This document shows, piece after piece, positions 1-9,607 of a stretch of 45,274 nt of DNA. The translations under genes and the position numbers were made by a program. Source of the stretch: an uncultured Bacteroidales bacterium (GTDB lineage Bacteria; Bacteroidota; Bacteroidia; Bacteroidales; UBA1402). The stretch's first letter is position 1. The number at the start of each line of letters is the position of its first letter. Under the pieces are notes generated by a model. It saw only the letters and a list, made by a program, of their open reading frames with translations. It did not search any database and was not told the DNA's origin. Location: contig CAZCPI010000001.1 of NCBI GenBank assembly GCA_964500535.1, positions 1,777-47,050 of the forward strand, written 5' to 3'.

Positions 1-2994
1 AAAAACTCAGGCAAATGGAGATGGGTTTTAATGGATCTGGACCGTGGTTTCTTCGGGGCAAGCAGTGAAAAAATTTCATTCTATATTAATCAGACTGTTT
101 GGCCTTTTAGTAAGCTGATGAAAAATGCAGCTTACAAGAAATACTTTGGTGCAAGGCTGGCAAATCATCTTTATACGACATACAATCCTATCAGGATGGA
201 TAAGAGGATTGATTATCATAAAAGTCTTATAGAAGCAGAAATGCCAAATCATATTGCCCGCTGGCTTGGTACAACTTCTTCTTATGGTGACGCTATGCCA
301 TCTTTTAGTTACTGGGAAAAAGAAGTTCAAAAGTTAAAGACATTTGCAGAAGCCAGGACTTCGATATTGCTTACAGATTTGCAGAGTTACGGATTTTCAG
401 ATCCGGCGAGGCTTTCACTATCCGTAAGTCCTTCAGAGGCAGGAGAGGTACTGTTTAATGATATGAAAATGTCAGAAACCACATGGACAGGATTTTATCC
501 GAAAGATCTTGATATAACACTTAAAGCTGTCGACAAACCGGGATATACCTTCAAAGCCTGGACTTCCAGAATCAGTAAGACATTAATTCCAAAATCAGCC
601 ACCTGGAATTACAATGATAATGGTGCGGATTTAGGTTATGACTGGATTAATACAGGCTATGATGATTCTTCATGGAAAACAGGCAACGGCAAATTCGGTT
701 ATGGCGATACACAACAAACTTTAATCTCTTATGGATCAAGCAGCAGCAACAAATACATTACGACTTATTTCAGGAAGAAGTTTGAACTTCCGGAAAAAAA
801 GAACAGCACCGGTTTCACGCTTAATATTTTAAGGGACGACGGAGCGGTGGTTTATCTTAATGGAAGAGAAATTGCCCGTTCTAATATGCCATCAACTGAT
901 GTTAATTATAAAACTCTGGCAAGTACTTCTGCTAATGATGCTGAGGAAACCACATATTACAGTTACAAAATTGATGATTCATATTTTGTTACCGGGACAA
1001 ATACTATCGCGGTTGAAATTCATCAGAACTCTGCAAGCAGCTCCGATATGGGCTTTGATCTGGAATTAATTGCAAGTGAAGATGGAAATAACGAGATAAT
1101 TTCTACGTCTCGTACTTATGAAATGAAGCTTTCGGATGAGACTTTAATTACCGCTGTATATCAATCAAGAGGACAAAATCTTGTACCGGATACTATTACT
1201 CAAAATATGACTTTCTATAAGAACCAGTCACCATATGTATTTAAGGGAGATGTATTTGTACCTTCAGGCATAACTCTGACTATTGAGCCCGGGGTAGAGA
1301 TACAATTACCTCCTAAAGCCAACCTGATTGTAAACGGAGCCATGAAAGCTTTAGGAAAAGCTGATGACAGGATAATTTTTAAGATGAATCCTGATTATGC
1401 CGGTCAAAGCTGGGGAGCTTTATGCTTTATCAACTGCACTGACACAATCAGAATGAGCTATATCACAATAGAGGATGCTTCAAAAGGACCGGTAGCTAAC
1501 AGGGATGTTGCGGCGGTTTCAGCATTCAAATCAGATTTGCTGCTTGATAACATGCTTGTAGTCAGCAATGATTTTGATCCGATTATTACCAGATATGGTA
1601 GTGTTAAACTTACAAACAGTACTATTCATTCAAATACGATAGGTAACCTTATCAATGTAAAAAACGGTAAAGGTCATATTGAAAACTGTATTCTTGAAGG
1701 TAACAATTTTCCTGACACTGATGCCATAGACTATGATGATGTTGATAATGGTGTAATTAAAAATCTTGTTGTACGCAATTTTGGTGGTTCCAACAGCGAT
1801 GCCATTGATCTGGGTGAATCCACAAATGTTACTATTGACAGCGTGCTTATCTACAATATTTTTGACAAAGGAGTTTCCGTTGGTCTCAGGTCAACTCTGA
1901 ACGTCAATAATGTTACTATAATGAATACAACTTTAGGCTTTGGCATCAAAGACTCAAGCAGGGTAAATGCAAACGCGTGTACTTTTTATAATGTGGGCAC
2001 TCCTGTTGCTAATTATGAAAAAATCGTTGGCAGATCCGGAGGTAATGCATATATCAAAAACAGCATTATGTCTAACAGTTACGTTCATTCTTACTCCTCA
2101 GATAATCGTTCACGAACTATAATTTCAAATAGTATTTCTGATACAGATACTCTGCCTGAAGGCTGCCAAAATATATTCAGTAATCCTTTATTTGTTTCGC
2201 CCGGAACTTTTGATTTTAATCTGAAACCAAACTCTCCTGCCAGAAAAACAGGATTTTTAAATGGTGCGAGTGTTGATATGGGTTCATCAATCAGAAGCTT
2301 AAGTGATTCTCCTTTTGTAATTATCTCTGATATATTTTACAATCTTAACAGGACTCCTGACAGGACTGAATACATTAAGATACTGAATCCAACTGATAAG
2401 CCTGTTGATCTGAGCGGCTATACGTTATCTGAAGCTGTTGACTTTACATTCCCTCAGGGAAGCATTATTAATTCAGGGCAAAAATTCATGATTGCTAAAG
2501 ATCTAACTCTTTTACCCAATTATCCGGACACAACCAATTCTTTTACATGGTCTGATGGTAGTCTTGCCAATGAGGGTGAAACCATACGCCTTTCAAATAA
2601 ATACGGCATAGTTATTGATCACGTTTCATACAGACTGGGGGCGCCGTGGCCTGATGTTTCAGGTATAAATGAAAAGGCTTTGACAATAGTTTCATCTTTT
2701 TCAGACAATCATTTTGGTGAAAACTGGAAAACTTCTGAATATTCAACTATTACCGGTCTGCCTGAAAATAAGGGAAACAATCTTATTGTATTCCCGAATC
2801 CAACCAGAGGAATGGTTGTAATAAAAGCGGACTCTCAAACAGGAAACAGACTTGAAATATTTACGAGTGCAGGTATAAAGGTCTTTTCTGAAGATTTTTC
2901 CGGGCAAACCAGTGTTGACTTAAGCCGTTTTGGTACTGGTGTTTATATTCTCAGGATTGGAGAAATTAAAGAAAAGATCGTAGTTATGCAATAA
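1..2994 (+). CDS. Secreted multidomain protein, 5'-partial: CotH-like domain C-terminal part, beta-sandwich, right-handed beta-helix region, lamin-tail-like domain, T9SS C-terminal sorting domain
   Basis: Frame 1 is open from base 1 (KNSGKWRWVL precedes the tracked Met at 31), so the true start lies outside the window. The N-terminal 120 aa resemble the end of CotH kinase-like domains. Next comes a W/GYG beta-sandwich (WNYNDNG..DDSSWKTGNGKFGYGD..YFRKKF). An Asn/Gly/Ile-rich repetitive region, aa ~400-740, is typical of a parallel beta-helix. The lamin-tail-like segment is at about nt 2311-2655 (EYIKILNPTDKPVDLSGYTL..GETIRLSN). The T9SS CTD is at about nt 2767-2991 (VFPNPTRGMVVIK..GVYILRI). 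Confidence 0.8.
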   Translation, partial: KNSGKWRWVLMDLDRGFFGASSEKISFYINQTVWPFSKLMKNAAYKKYFGARLANHLYTTYNPIRMDKRIDYHKSLIEAEMPNHIARWLGTTSSYGDAMPSFSYWEKEVQKLKTFAEARTSILLTDLQSYGFSDPARLSLSVSPSEAGEVLFNDMKMSETTWTGFYPKDLDITLKAVDKPGYTFKAWTSRISKTLIPKSATWNYNDNGADLGYDWINTGYDDSSWKTGNGKFGYGDTQQTLISYGSSSSNKYITTYFRKKFELPEKKNSTGFTLNILRDDGAVVYLNGREIARSNMPSTDVNYKTLASTSANDAEETTYYSYKIDDSYFVTGTNTIAVEIHQNSASSSDMGFDLELIASEDGNNEIISTSRTYEMKLSDETLITAVYQSRGQNLVPDTITQNMTFYKNQSPYVFKGDVFVPSGITLTIEPGVEIQLPPKANLIVNGAMKALGKADDRIIFKMNPDYAGQSWGALCFINCTDTIRMSYITIEDASKGPVANRDVAAVSAFKSDLLLDNMLVVSNDFDPIITRYGSVKLTNSTIHSNTIGNLINVKNGKGHIENCILEGNNFPDTDAIDYDDVDNGVIKNLVVRNFGGSNSDAIDLGESTNVTIDSVLIYNIFDKGVSVGLRSTLNVNNVTIMNTTLGFGIKDSSRVNANACTFYNVGTPVANYEKIVGRSGGNAYIKNSIMSNSYVHSYSSDNRSRTIISNSISDTDTLPEGCQNIFSNPLFVSPGTFDFNLKPNSPARKTGFLNGASVDMGSSIRSLSDSPFVIISDIFYNLNRTPDRTEYIKILNPTDKPVDLSGYTLSEAVDFTFPQGSIINSGQKFMIAKDLTLLPNYPDTTNSFTWSDGSLANEGETIRLSNKYGIVIDHVSYRLGAPWPDVSGINEKALTIVSSFSDNHFGENWKTSEYSTITGLPENKGNNLIVFPNPTRGMVVIKADSQTGNRLEIFTSAGIKVFSEDFSGQTSVDLSRFGTGVYILRIGEIKEKIVVMQ

Positions 2995-3062
2995 AAAAGC
3001 TAATATCTTGCACACTTTTACCATTTTTGTGTAATTTTGCGACAGAATTAAAACAAATAATT

Positions 3063-3920
3063 ATGTCAAACGAATTATTAAAAGGTAAGCGTGGTATCAT
3101 ATTCGGTGCATTAAACGATATGTCCATAGCATGGAAAGTTGCAGAACGCGTAGTTGAAGAAGGAGCAACAATCACTCTTACCAACACTCCTGTTGCTTGC
3201 AGAATGGGTTCTGTCATGGAACTGGGGAAAAAGCTGAATGCAGATATTATTCCTGCTGATGCGACAAGTATCGAAGATCTTGAGATGGTATTCCTGAAGT
3301 CACAGGAAATCCTTGGTGGCAAAATCGATTTCGTCCTGCACTCAATTGGCATGTCTCCAAATGTCAGGAAGAAACGCACTTATGACGATATAGACTATAA
3401 TCTGCTTAATAACACTCTTGATATCTCTGCAATTTCATTTCATAAAATGATACAGACTGCAAAGAAAATGGATGCCATAAATGAAAATGGTTCAATTCTT
3501 GCTCTCAGTTATGTTGCTGCTCAAAGGACTTTCTTCGGGTATAATGATATGGCTGATGCAAAATCACTCCTTGAATCTATTGCACGCAGCTTCGGTTATA
3601 TTTACGGTCGTGAAAAAGGTGTCAGGATCAATACTATCTCCCAGTCACCTACAATGACAACGGCAGGTAGCGGAGTCAAAGGTTTTGACGGACTTCTTGA
3701 TTTTGCAAATCGTATGTCGCCTCTTGGTAATGCTACAGCTGAAGAATGCGCTGACTATTGTGTTGTAATGTTCTCTGATTTGACCCGCAAGGTTACGATG
3801 CAGAATCTGTTCCATGATGGAGGTTTCTCCAGTATGGGTATGAGCATGAGAGCAATGACTCAGTATAATGAAAGTTTTGACAAGTATAAAGACGAAAATG
3901 GTAAGATAATTTACGGTTGA
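3063..3920 (+). CDS. fabI: Enoyl-[acyl-carrier-protein] reductase (NADH), FabI type
   Basis: ATG at 3063; the tracked start at 3027 is a TTG extension. Rossmann N-terminus GKRGIIFGALNDMSIAWKVA and an SDR Y-x6-K motif (YNDMADAK). Length is about 285 aa. Confidence 0.85.
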   Translation: MSNELLKGKRGIIFGALNDMSIAWKVAERVVEEGATITLTNTPVACRMGSVMELGKKLNADIIPADATSIEDLEMVFLKSQEILGGKIDFVLHSIGMSPNVRKKRTYDDIDYNLLNNTLDISAISFHKMIQTAKKMDAINENGSILALSYVAAQRTFFGYNDMADAKSLLESIARSFGYIYGREKGVRINTISQSPTMTTAGSGVKGFDGLLDFANRMSPLGNATAEECADYCVVMFSDLTRKVTMQNLFHDGGFSSMGMSMRAMTQYNESFDKYKDENGKIIYG

Positions 3921-3975
3921 TTAGTTTGTAATTTTTTTTGTCTGAGTTCTGGAATCGACTTGACAAATCACGTAG

Positions 3976-4013
3976 AAACCCGGGAGATTAATATCTTTCG
4001 GGTTTTTTATTTT
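3976..4013 (+). terminator. Rho-independent terminator after fabI
   Basis: 12-bp stem AAACCCGGGAGA / TCTTTCGGGTTT with two G-U pairs and loop TTAATA, followed by TTTTTTATTTT. Confidence 0.8.
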
Positions 4014-4102
4014 AAAATTTAAAAAAGTAATAGTATTATTAATTATATTGATATTTTTGTTTCTTATAAAGAACTAATATTATTCACTTTAAATCTGAAA
4101 AT

Positions 4103-4699
4103 ATGAAGAAAACTGTATTATTGGCATTTACTCTTATTATTTCAGTTTTTGCCTTTTCACAAGAAAAGAAAGTAAGAGAGGTTGGCTTGTCATTCAGCAA
4201 CCCGGATAATTTTGGCCTCAGTTACAAGGTGGGGTGTGATAATAAGTTTTGGAGATTAAATATCCTTTCGATTTCAGGTAGTATCTCAACTAATGAGAAT
4301 GAAGATTACATCGGGGACAATAATCAATTCAATGCTGGTTTCAGGTTAGGCAGAGAGTACAGGAAGGATATAAAAGATAATTTTCAGTTTATCTATGGAG
4401 CCGACCTGTCTTTCAGTTATACCCGTGACAACCAAAACACTGACAGGATACCGGCAGATGCTAATGACTCTGAAGATGTTGCCAATACATACAGACCCGG
4501 TTTCAACCTTGTTTTTGGAATGAACTATGCAATCAATGACAAATTGGTATTCGGAGCAGAATTATTACCGGGTACCAGTTACAACATATCTTACAGTAAA
4601 CGAACTGTTGGAAACGAAGTTAATAATACCAACACAACGAATCTGTCATATAATATTACACTTAGCAACGTCAGATTCACATTAGCATACAGATTCTAA
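4103..4699 (+). CDS. Small outer-membrane beta-barrel protein (putative, about 8 strands)
   Basis: Signal peptide MKKTVLLAFTLIISVFAFSQ, alternating hydrophobic/polar strand pattern, and a C-terminal LAYRF (terminal Phe typical of BAM substrates). Confidence 0.6.
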   Translation: MKKTVLLAFTLIISVFAFSQEKKVREVGLSFSNPDNFGLSYKVGCDNKFWRLNILSISGSISTNENEDYIGDNNQFNAGFRLGREYRKDIKDNFQFIYGADLSFSYTRDNQNTDRIPADANDSEDVANTYRPGFNLVFGMNYAINDKLVFGAELLPGTSYNISYSKRTVGNEVNNTNTTNLSYNITLSNVRFTLAYRF

Positions 4700-4703
4700 T
4701 AAT

Positions 4704-5321
4704 ATGCGAAAAATCTTAATTGCAATGGCATCTGTCCTGATGTCACTTTGTTTGTTTGCTAAGCAACCGGACTGCGTAAAAGAGATTGGTTTGTCATTTT
4801 CAAGTTTGGATAATTTTGGCGCCACTTTTAAATTTGGCAGAGAAAAATCTCCATGGAAAATTGGAGCATTTACATTGAGTGACCAGTGGGTTAAAGAAAA
4901 AACATTTAATATTGATGGCCTGGAACTTATTAATATGAACCAGAATTATAAAGGTCTTGGTTTACAGATAGGTAAGGAATTCAGAAATAAAATCTTTGAT
5001 AATGTATATTTCACATTCGGTCCTGATTATAATCTCATAAATTATAGTATGGGCTATAAAGAACAGGAAAATGAGATTTCAGACCATAAAATAAATTATA
5101 ACATAAAGTACTATATTCATGAGTTTGGCTTCAACCTCGGTGTTACTTATGTATATAATGATAAGATTGTGCTCCAGGCATTTATGATTCCAGGCATATA
5201 TTATATGAAAGCTTCAGGAAAATTTGAAGAAGGAAATAATCTGATTGAATCAATAAATCAAAAAGGAATTGAATATAACCTGAATGACAATCTGGTATTA
5301 TCAGTTGCATACAGATTTTGA
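4704..5321 (+). CDS. Small outer-membrane beta-barrel protein, divergent paralog of the preceding gene
   Basis: Signal peptide. Shares the N-terminal motif EIGLSFSSLDNFGATFKFG (upstream gene: EVGLSFSNPDNFGLSYKVG) and the C-terminal VAYRF. Only 4 nt separate it from the upstream stop. Confidence 0.6.
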   Translation: MRKILIAMASVLMSLCLFAKQPDCVKEIGLSFSSLDNFGATFKFGREKSPWKIGAFTLSDQWVKEKTFNIDGLELINMNQNYKGLGLQIGKEFRNKIFDNVYFTFGPDYNLINYSMGYKEQENEISDHKINYNIKYYIHEFGFNLGVTYVYNDKIVLQAFMIPGIYYMKASGKFEEGNNLIESINQKGIEYNLNDNLVLSVAYRF

Positions 5322-5370
5322 CCGAAACTTTCGGTAAGCTATTTAAAAGTACACTTCAGCAGATTTTTGT

Positions 5371-8300
5371 TCAGGAATCAATTTCTGATCCGGGCATATA
5401 ACGTTCGATGTATTCGCTCGGAAGCATACCGAACTCTTTTCTGAAACATGCACTGAAATATTTTGGATCGTTGAAACCGACAGCATATGCAAGCTCGGAA
5501 ATCCTTAGATTTTTCTTTTCCTCGGCAATCTTGCATGCAGCTTTCAATCTTATATTTCGTATAAATGCGGAAGTATTTAATCCGGTTAGGGATTTCAGCT
5601 TTTTGTACAGAGTTGACTTGCTGGTGCCCATTTCAACCGAAAACTGCATCTGATCAAAGTCCGGATCATTAAGATGCTTATGGACACAATCCACAGCTTT
5701 TTGGATAAATGACTCATCAATACTGGTATAGTTCAGCTCCTTAACTTCAAAAACCAATTGCTTTTTAAAATCTCTTGCCGTACGTTCCTTATTCTTTAAC
5801 AGGTTTTTTATCTTGGCATGAAGCACTGTCAGATTGAACGGTTTGGAAATGAAACCATCCGCTCCAGAGTCATATGCTTCAATACGATCTTCTTCTTTGG
5901 TTTTAGCTGTCAGCAATATAACAGGAATATGACAAATATCCACATTTCCTTTTACGCTTTTACAAAACTCTATTCCATCCATCTCAGGCATCATTATGTC
6001 TGAAACCACCAAATCAATATCTTCATTTTCCAGAATTACAAGTCCCTCCTTACCGTTTGTAGCAGTAAATATCTTGTAAAACCGCCCTAAAAGTTTCACC
6101 ATCAGCTTCAACAAATCCTCGTTATCTTCAATCAGAAGTAAGGTTTCGTTATTTTCGGTATCATCTATTGCGGGAACAATTTCAGGTTCCTGAGTTTTAT
6201 CATCTGATATATTATCCAGCCAAACGGTTTCATCGTCAATTTCTTCTTCCTTAAAATATGAACGTTCGATCGGAAGAATCACAGTAAAGGTAGTCCCCTG
6301 ATCCGGTAGACTTTCGACAGTTATCAAACCATTATGCAGCTCAACAAGATCTTTGGTCAGCGAAAGTCCGATGCCTGTTCCAATAGTCTGAAACTTCCTG
6401 TAATCTCCTTCATAGAATCTTTTGAACAATGAACCCATATCTTCTTTTGAGATTCCCTTACCATTGTCTCTAACGGTAATTATCACCTGACCCTCTGTCT
6501 GTGAATGATTAATAGAAACCTGTACAAATCCACCGGCATCATTATACTTCGCAGCATTTGACATCAGGTTATAAAGTATCTTGTCAATTTTATCAGGGTC
6601 AAAATAGCCAATTATTTTTTCAGGATCCGAGACAAAAGAAAAATGCATCTTCTTCTTTTTCATCAGAGGACTGAAACTATCGACTTCAGTTTTAATAAAT
6701 GCAGACAGATTTCCTTTTGAAACCTTAAGTTTCAGGTTCCCGCTCTCTGCTTTACGGAATTCTAGTATTTGCTGCAATAATCTGATCAGACGATTAATAT
6801 TCAGATCCATAGTCTGATATATATCAGCATATCCCGGTAGTAAAGTTTTTAATTCATCCAGAGAAGCTGAAATAATCGTCAAAGGGGTCAGAAGTTCATG
6901 AGTTATATTAGTGAAGAACTGGAGTTTAGCATGATTTAGTTCTTCTGACTTTGCATTTTCAACTTCCCTTATGTGTAATTCATTCCGCAATCTGATCCTG
7001 TTTCTTACTGTTTTTATCAAAGCAAAAGCAATAAGAACAGAGATAATTAAATAAATCAAATAGGCCCACCAGGTTTTCCAAGGAGGAGGCAGTAAATCTA
7101 TTTCAATGCTGTAATCCATTTCACTCCAAATACCGTTTTCATTTGCAGCTTTTAACCTGAAAACATACTCACCGTCCTTCAGATTATTATAATAGGCAAA
7201 TCTACGTGTAGCATCAGTATATTGCCAGTTCTTATCAAAACCTTCAAGCATATAAGCATATTTGCACTGCAAAGGATTAATATAAGTCAAAGCAGCAAAT
7301 TCGATACTGAAATTGTTTTCTTTATAATTAAGTCTGATTTTTCTGGTGAAACCGGGAGATTTGGTTGATATCTTATTTCTTTCCTTAAGAGGAAAATTCA
7401 TTACTGAATTATTAAAGATCTTTATATCAGTTATTCTTATAGGAGAAACACTAGCATGTTCTTTAATGTCTTCAGGAAAAAAATGATTATAACCTTTGTG
7501 CCCTCCAAAATACATTTCCCCCTGAGGCGTCATAAAACAGGAGTTTCTTATGAAAATATTATCCTGGAGATTATCGTTTACTGTAAAAAGTCTGCAAATA
7601 CTGCTTTCGGGATTTTCAGCGACAGACAATTTCACCAAACCGGCATTAGTACCCATCCATAAATTACCCTTTTTATCTTCTTCTATACTGAAAACAGCAT
7701 CTCCCGGCATATTATATTGCCTGTTTACCGGAATAAAAGAATCACTTTTCTTATCATACAAACACAAACCTCCTCCATCTGTTCCAACCCACAATCTCTT
7801 TTTACTATCCTCAAAAAAGCATTGTACATTATCACAGTTTAATTTACCTCTTTTAACTGAGTAAGATTTGTACTCAAATTTATTTTTATTCTTATTCCTT
7901 CCTGTCAGACGCAGAGCTCCCATACTTGTCGTACCAAGCCAGATATCACCGTTGCTGTCATCTTCGGCGGTCACATATGTTGTATACCTGTAATCCTGAC
8001 CATCAACAATCAGGGAATCAAAATAGAAGCCTTTGTTAAAATCCAGTGAAACAAAAACACCTTGTCTTGTACAAATCCAAATCCTGCCAAGATAATCTTC
8101 TTTTAAATAATAAATACTTTTGTTTCCCAGCCAGGGGCTGTTGGTCAGATCAAGTACTCTTTTCCTCTCTTCCTTTTTGGCATTTTTATTGTAGAAAATG
8201 ATTCCTTCTCCATATGTTCCAAAAAGTATTTCACCGGTCTTTTTCCTTTTAATTACAGACCAAATCGTTGGCATTTTCGGTACATCCTTAAAATCCGGAT

Positions 8301-9522
8301 GCTGACTATAATTAATTATATTCCCGGTTTTAATATCCTGAATAAAAAGTCCATAACTTCCAAGCCCCATCCATATCTGCCCGTCATCTATCAATATACT
8401 TCTTACGGAGTTAGTCGAAAAATCGCTTTTGGTTTGTTCCAGGGTATTAAGTATGAAGTCAGTCCTCTTGGAATGGACCATATTTATGCCTCCTCCAAGC
8501 ATTCCCAGCCAAATAGTACCTCTGTTATCTCTTATTATCGAATTAACTTCATTAAAAGATATTGTATTTTCGTTTTTACCCGGCCAGTAGTTTGTAAACT
8601 TCGAAGACAGATTTTCAGGGTCAATTGTACTTAAACCTCCCCTTGTACCTATCCATACATTGCCGGTTTTTAAATCTTCATTGATTGCATAAATGAAGTT
8701 ATCAGTAATACTACCAGGTTCAGCAGGATTATGCTTATATGAAACCCAGTTAACATTTTTAATATCATATGGGTTTTTTAATAAATACAGTCCTTCAGCC
8801 CACGCTCCTACCCATAGATTATTATGAGAATCCTCAAACACTACATGGGCAGAATTTCTGGTGTTGAATTTTGGATAAGAAACAAATTTATTTGCTTTTA
8901 TATCGTATCTGAACAGGCCATCTGACCATGTTCCAATCCATAAATTTCCTTTAGAGTCTTCAAACAAGGACTTAACAGTAATTCGGTCAATAACGTTGTC
9001 AGTATTCTTTTTATTAAATAAAATAAATGTGTCGTTTACCGAATCATACAAATACAAACCTGTATCAGCTCCAACAAAAATTTTGTTATCCCTGGTGATG
9101 GTTATAGTAGCGATAAATTCGTTAGATAATAATTCGTTTTGAATCTTATGAATCTCTCCTGTCTGCTTATCCATTACATACAGACCTGCAGAAGTTCCAA
9201 TCCATAATAAATGATTATAATCTTCAGCAAGACACTGAATACTTGAACCAGCAAGAATATTTTCTATTGCTGTATTGGTTGAATACGGATCTCTTCTTAA
9301 GTTTTTAAACTGATAACCATCAAACTTGGAAAGACCGCTTGAAGTAGCTATCCAGATTAATCCGTCTTTATCCTGATAAAGACGCAGTACTTCATTCGTA
9401 GGAAGCCCGTCAAATGTGGAAAAACGTTTAAAAGTCAGATTCTGTGCATCGCAAAATAAACTCCGGAACAGCATTATAAATACTATAATACCGGCTAAAA
9501 ACGCTTTATTCGTGTTCTTCAT
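5371..9522 (-). CDS. Hybrid two-component system sensor histidine kinase / response regulator with AraC-type DNA-binding domain (HTCS)
   Basis: Signal/TM at the N-terminus and a long periplasmic propeller-type repeat region (repeated W.GT..GL motifs). Y_Y_Y-like segment, then TM helix AYLIYLIISVLIAFALI. H-box FTNITHELLTPLT; G-boxes DNGKGI and GTGIGL. Receiver domain LLLIEDNEDL..DIMMPEMDG..LTAK. AraC HTH GFNDPKYFSACFRKEFGMLPSEY. Confidence 0.9.
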   Translation of the reverse strand: MKNTNKAFLAGIIVFIMLFRSLFCDAQNLTFKRFSTFDGLPTNEVLRLYQDKDGLIWIATSSGLSKFDGYQFKNLRRDPYSTNTAIENILAGSSIQCLAEDYNHLLWIGTSAGLYVMDKQTGEIHKIQNELLSNEFIATITITRDNKIFVGADTGLYLYDSVNDTFILFNKKNTDNVIDRITVKSLFEDSKGNLWIGTWSDGLFRYDIKANKFVSYPKFNTRNSAHVVFEDSHNNLWVGAWAEGLYLLKNPYDIKNVNWVSYKHNPAEPGSITDNFIYAINEDLKTGNVWIGTRGGLSTIDPENLSSKFTNYWPGKNENTISFNEVNSIIRDNRGTIWLGMLGGGINMVHSKRTDFILNTLEQTKSDFSTNSVRSILIDDGQIWMGLGSYGLFIQDIKTGNIINYSQHPDFKDVPKMPTIWSVIKRKKTGEILFGTYGEGIIFYNKNAKKEERKRVLDLTNSPWLGNKSIYYLKEDYLGRIWICTRQGVFVSLDFNKGFYFDSLIVDGQDYRYTTYVTAEDDSNGDIWLGTTSMGALRLTGRNKNKNKFEYKSYSVKRGKLNCDNVQCFFEDSKKRLWVGTDGGGLCLYDKKSDSFIPVNRQYNMPGDAVFSIEEDKKGNLWMGTNAGLVKLSVAENPESSICRLFTVNDNLQDNIFIRNSCFMTPQGEMYFGGHKGYNHFFPEDIKEHASVSPIRITDIKIFNNSVMNFPLKERNKISTKSPGFTRKIRLNYKENNFSIEFAALTYINPLQCKYAYMLEGFDKNWQYTDATRRFAYYNNLKDGEYVFRLKAANENGIWSEMDYSIEIDLLPPPWKTWWAYLIYLIISVLIAFALIKTVRNRIRLRNELHIREVENAKSEELNHAKLQFFTNITHELLTPLTIISASLDELKTLLPGYADIYQTMDLNINRLIRLLQQILEFRKAESGNLKLKVSKGNLSAFIKTEVDSFSPLMKKKKMHFSFVSDPEKIIGYFDPDKIDKILYNLMSNAAKYNDAGGFVQVSINHSQTEGQVIITVRDNGKGISKEDMGSLFKRFYEGDYRKFQTIGTGIGLSLTKDLVELHNGLITVESLPDQGTTFTVILPIERSYFKEEEIDDETVWLDNISDDKTQEPEIVPAIDDTENNETLLLIEDNEDLLKLMVKLLGRFYKIFTATNGKEGLVILENEDIDLVVSDIMMPEMDGIEFCKSVKGNVDICHIPVILLTAKTKEEDRIEAYDSGADGFISKPFNLTVLHAKIKNLLKNKERTARDFKKQLVFEVKELNYTSIDESFIQKAVDCVHKHLNDPDFDQMQFSVEMGTSKSTLYKKLKSLTGLNTSAFIRNIRLKAACKIAEEKKNLRISELAYAVGFNDPKYFSACFRKEFGMLPSEYIERYMPGSEIDS

Positions 9523-9582
9523 ACGTACAAATTAATATATTACATCAATAATGATGTACATTATTTGTAAATGGTATCAGAT

Positions 9583-9605
9583 CCGCTTTTTATAATAAAA
9601 AACGG
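9583..9605 (-). terminator. Weak candidate hairpin just after the atpG stop
   Basis: On the minus strand: CCGTTTTTT-ATTAT-AAAAAGCGG, a 9-bp stem with one G-U pair. It is AT-rich and has no clear downstream U-tract. Confidence 0.3.
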
Positions 9606-9607
9606 CT

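Noticed and set aside
3027-3062. N-terminal extensions in the ORF track that begin with TTG. The affected starts are 3027 fabI, 14503 atpB, 24477 MBL hydrolase, 26360 rfbD, 33530 marR and 45006 purB.
   Set aside because: In each case an in-frame ATG follows shortly, and the conserved protein N-terminus begins there. The extensions also run through promoters, operators, repeats or neighbouring genes.
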